Below are positions 25,753 to 28,021 of a stretch of DNA of 28,021 nucleotides, in pieces (the stretch's first letter is position 1; every line of letters starts with the position of its first letter). Position numbers and translations under genes: made by a program. The stretch is from Candidatus Fervidifonticultor quintus (GTDB lineage: Bacteria > Sysuimicrobiota > Sysuimicrobiia > Sysuimicrobiales > Humicultoraceae), in NCBI GenBank assembly GCA_031459535.1, contig JAVKIJ010000039.1, positions 1-28,021 on the forward strand. Reading direction: 5' to 3'. The notes beneath the pieces are model-generated. The model was not told the origin of the DNA. It was given only the letters and a program-made list of their open reading frames with translations, and ran no database searches.

Positions 25753-27006
25753 TCAGATGGTGTTCAGGTGCTGGCGCGGTCGGATAAAGACTGGCTCCTC
25801 GACTGTCAGCCGTACGACTTCCTTGCCTGCGCGATCCAGCCCGATCACCGTGTCGTTGAACATCTCCCACTTTCTACCGCGGATCGTGGTCTCGAACACC
25901 TTCCGGCCGGGCTCGATCCGGTACTGAAAGATGAGCCGCTGCGTCGTCCGGAACAGCTGGAGGACGGCCAGCAGCTCCCGCGACGGTGCCGTGTAGGCGG
26001 CAATGGCATCATCCACCCCGGGGCCGAACATCTGCCGCAGGTACGGGCGTGGTACCCAGCGGGGCGGAATGTAGTACACGTTGGGTTGCGTGCCGAACTG
26101 CGGGTACATCGGCAGGGCGACCTTGGCCACCTGCACCAGGAAGTAGAGAGGATGGTAGCGGTCCTCAGTCCACTGGCCATCGGCCCCGATGCGGACCAGC
26201 CCCTGGAGCCGGATCTTGCCGACGCAGGCGGCCATGCACCGCGTCTCGATGGGCACACCGGGGTACAGCGGGTCGCGCCCCTCGATGCGGGGGTAACAGG
26301 CGATACACTTCTCACTGACCCGGGTGTACGCGTTGAACATGGGCTTCTTGTACGGGCAGGCCTCCACGCACTTCCGGTAGCCGCGGCACCGCTTCTGGTC
26401 GATCAGGACGATGCCGTCTTCGGGCCGTTTGTAGATGGCATTGCGGGGGCAGGCGGCCAGGCAGGCCGGATAGGTGCAGTGGTTGCAGATGCGCTGCAGG
26501 TGGAAGAACCATGTGCGGTGCTCCGGCAGCTGCTCCCCGGTCGGGTGGTAGGTGCCCGGCGCCACCGGATAGGCGGTCGGCGTGTCCTCATAGATGTTGG
26601 GCGCGCGCCACTCACCGTCGGCGGGCAGGTAGCCCAGCACCTCCTCACCGCCAGCCGCGGCCTCGAACAGCGTCTTGCCCTGGAAGACCCCGTAGGGGGC
26701 CCGTCGTCCGTCCCGCCCGGCGAGCGTCCAGGTCTGGCCGCCGGGGTTGGCTTGCTCCAACAGCTCCAGGGTCCTGACATCCCAGAACTGGGGATAGCCC
26801 CCGTAGGGCTTGGTTTCCACGTTGTTCCACCACATGTACTCCTGGCCGCGCGCGTGGGTCCAGGTGCTCTTGCAGGCCATGGTGCAGGTCTGGCAGCCGA
26901 TGCAACGGTTGATGTTGAAGACGGCGGCGAACTGTTCGCGGGGATGGCGCTCCTGGAAGCGGTAGGCCATCTTGCGGCCGAGCTGCCAGTTGTAGACCTC
27001 AGGCAT
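25753..27006 (-). CDS. nxrB: Nitrite oxidoreductase / nitrate reductase beta (Fe-S) subunit, Nitrospira/anammox type
   Basis: N-terminus MPEVYNWQLGRKM..VFNINRC..QEYMWWNNVETKPYGGYPQF closely resembles Nitrospira NxrB as I recall it. Four Cys groups: CIGCQTCTMAC, CNHCTYPACLAACP, CRGYRKCVEACP, CIAC..CMAAC. Also PQFGTQPN.YYIPPRW. Confidence 0.92.
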   Translation of the reverse strand: MPEVYNWQLGRKMAYRFQERHPREQFAAVFNINRCIGCQTCTMACKSTWTHARGQEYMWWNNVETKPYGGYPQFWDVRTLELLEQANPGGQTWTLAGRDGRRAPYGVFQGKTLFEAAAGGEEVLGYLPADGEWRAPNIYEDTPTAYPVAPGTYHPTGEQLPEHRTWFFHLQRICNHCTYPACLAACPRNAIYKRPEDGIVLIDQKRCRGYRKCVEACPYKKPMFNAYTRVSEKCIACYPRIEGRDPLYPGVPIETRCMAACVGKIRLQGLVRIGADGQWTEDRYHPLYFLVQVAKVALPMYPQFGTQPNVYYIPPRWVPRPYLRQMFGPGVDDAIAAYTAPSRELLAVLQLFRTTQRLIFQYRIEPGRKVFETTIRGRKWEMFNDTVIGLDRAGKEVVRLTVEEPVFIRPRQHLNTI

Positions 27007-27301
27007 GCCCCTCGCCTCCTGCACGGTCGCCCACCGCTGTCACTGTCCACACCCCCCACGACGCCGCGACCTCGGCGATCAGCGCCGCGACGGCCTCCTC
27101 CCCGCGGGCCCGGTAGATCCCATGAAGAGCCCGGTAGAACGGGTTGCGGAAGAGCGCCAGCAGCCGCACCTCGTCCCAGCCGGCCCGGAGGTACTCTTCC
27201 ACCAGGCAGCGCGCCATCTCGTCGGCGGCGGCCGCGTCGGCGTCCCCCACCACGCCCACCAGCGCCATCGGATCGTCCGGCTCGAAGCTCTTGGTCGCCA
27301 C
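26999..27301 (-). CDS. Small hypothetical protein (100 aa) between nxrA and nxrB
   Basis: GTG 3 nt after the nxrA stop; its stop overlaps the nxrB start. Protein-like sequence EPDDPMALVGV..EMARCLVEEYLRAGW..LFRNPFYRALH. Confidence 0.75.
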   Translation of the reverse strand: MATKSFEPDDPMALVGVVGDADAAAADEMARCLVEEYLRAGWDEVRLLALFRNPFYRALHGIYRARGEEAVAALIAEVAASWGVWTVTAVGDRAGGEGHA

Positions 27302-27304
27302 TGT

Positions 27305-28021
27305 TCAACCCTTCTTGATCTGGACCAGCGCTCCAGCCAGATAGCGCTTCATGAAGCCGCGCTCACGGCCGGGAGTGTTGCCGGTCTGCGCTGGCTCCCA
27401 CAGCCCGCGGCTGCCCAGGCCGCCGTCCTCCGCCTTGGTGATCCTCACCAGGGTCTCCTTGGGGACGGTGTTGACCGCGTGGTTGTCGGCCTCGCCGCCG
27501 AAGATGAACGCCATGGTCGCCTTGGACTTGTGGAAGAGGGTGTCGGTCTGGTGCATCGGCATGTGCCAGTTGCGGGTGACGGACTGCTGGCTGCCGTACC
27601 GGAAGTTGGCCTGGTAGCCGGTGTCCTCGGACTGGGCCAGACCGTCGCGCCGGGTCTCGTGGGCCCGCACCGACTTCTCGGTGGCGATGAACGGCGCGTG
27701 CTTCATCATCACCACGTTGTACGGGTAGGCCGGGTTATACCTGGCCCGCACCATGCAGCGGGCCACGCGGTAGAAGGGATCGTTGGGCTTCCAGCCCAGA
27801 TACGGACGGTCGGCGGCGTAGGCGTCCACGTAGACGTAGTCACCGTCGTTGATGCCCAAATCTCGCGCGGCCTGTGGGTTGATGTGGAGCTGGTGCTCCC
27901 CCACGCCGGGAGCCCGCTTGTCCAGCCGGTAGGGATCTGCGAAGTTGGAGTCCCAGATCAGGTTCCAGTCGGTGCTGCTCCACGAGGAGTGCACGCGGTG
28001 GCGCGTCTTGGGCGTCAGGCA
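27305..28021 (-). CDS. nxrA: Nitrite oxidoreductase alpha (Mo-bisPGD) subunit, C-terminal fragment
   Basis: Open to the window edge: CLTPKTRHRVHSSW, NFADPYRLDKRAPGVGE, INPQAARDLGINDGDYV, GYQANFRYGSQQSVTR, PMHQTDTLFHK, GGEADNHAVNTVPKETLVRITKAEDGG. This matches the C-terminus of Nitrospira/anammox-type NxrA as recalled. Confidence 0.9.
   Translation of the reverse strand, partial: CLTPKTRHRVHSSWSSTDWNLIWDSNFADPYRLDKRAPGVGEHQLHINPQAARDLGINDGDYVYVDAYAADRPYLGWKPNDPFYRVARCMVRARYNPAYPYNVVMMKHAPFIATEKSVRAHETRRDGLAQSEDTGYQANFRYGSQQSVTRNWHMPMHQTDTLFHKSKATMAFIFGGEADNHAVNTVPKETLVRITKAEDGGLGSRGLWEPAQTGNTPGRERGFMKRYLAGALVQIKKG

Noticed and set aside
23167-28021. Canonical narGHJI respiratory nitrate reductase
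   Set aside because: No NarI-type multi-TM cytochrome b; gamma is an EbdC-like exported protein, and the alpha/beta sequences fit the NXR clade.
1-28021. CRISPR arrays, tRNA/rRNA, riboswitches, IS elements or integrases
   Set aside because: No spaced direct repeats, recognisable RNA motifs or transposase/recombinase ORFs were seen; intergenic gaps are all about 200 nt or less.

Overview
A GC-rich (roughly two-thirds G+C by eye), densely coding bacterial chromosomal window. I found no rRNA, tRNA, CRISPR array or mobile element. From left to right: an osmoprotectant ABC transporter (partial), an M20 carbamoylase-type amidohydrolase, a D-2-hydroxyacid dehydrogenase and a secreted cupredoxin. 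Next is a GntR(UTRA)-headed operon (DUF4392/D-glutamate-cyclase-like protein, D-cysteine-desulfhydrase-like PLP enzyme, Dpp/Opp-type ABC components), divergent from an SIS sugar-phosphate enzyme and a NodI/NodJ-like exporter. Then come a pckA-pfk-pfk operon whose two Pfks carry opposite ATP/PPi signatures, a PHP phosphatase, a decayed lysE and a Rid protein. The right 9 kb is the most interesting part. It holds a cytochrome bd-like two-gene module with a fused c-type heme, and a 4-Cys MarR regulator with a palindromic operator coupled to a protoglobin. Converging on these is an operon for a periplasmic Nitrospira/Nitrospina/anammox-type nitrite oxidoreductase (nxrA partial, small hypothetical, nxrB, TorD/NarJ chaperone, HExxH/Zn-finger hypothetical, heme-b nxrC). 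The neighbouring genes look heterotrophic rather than like a classical nitrite oxidiser. All family calls come from motif recognition and recalled sequences; no database searches were run.
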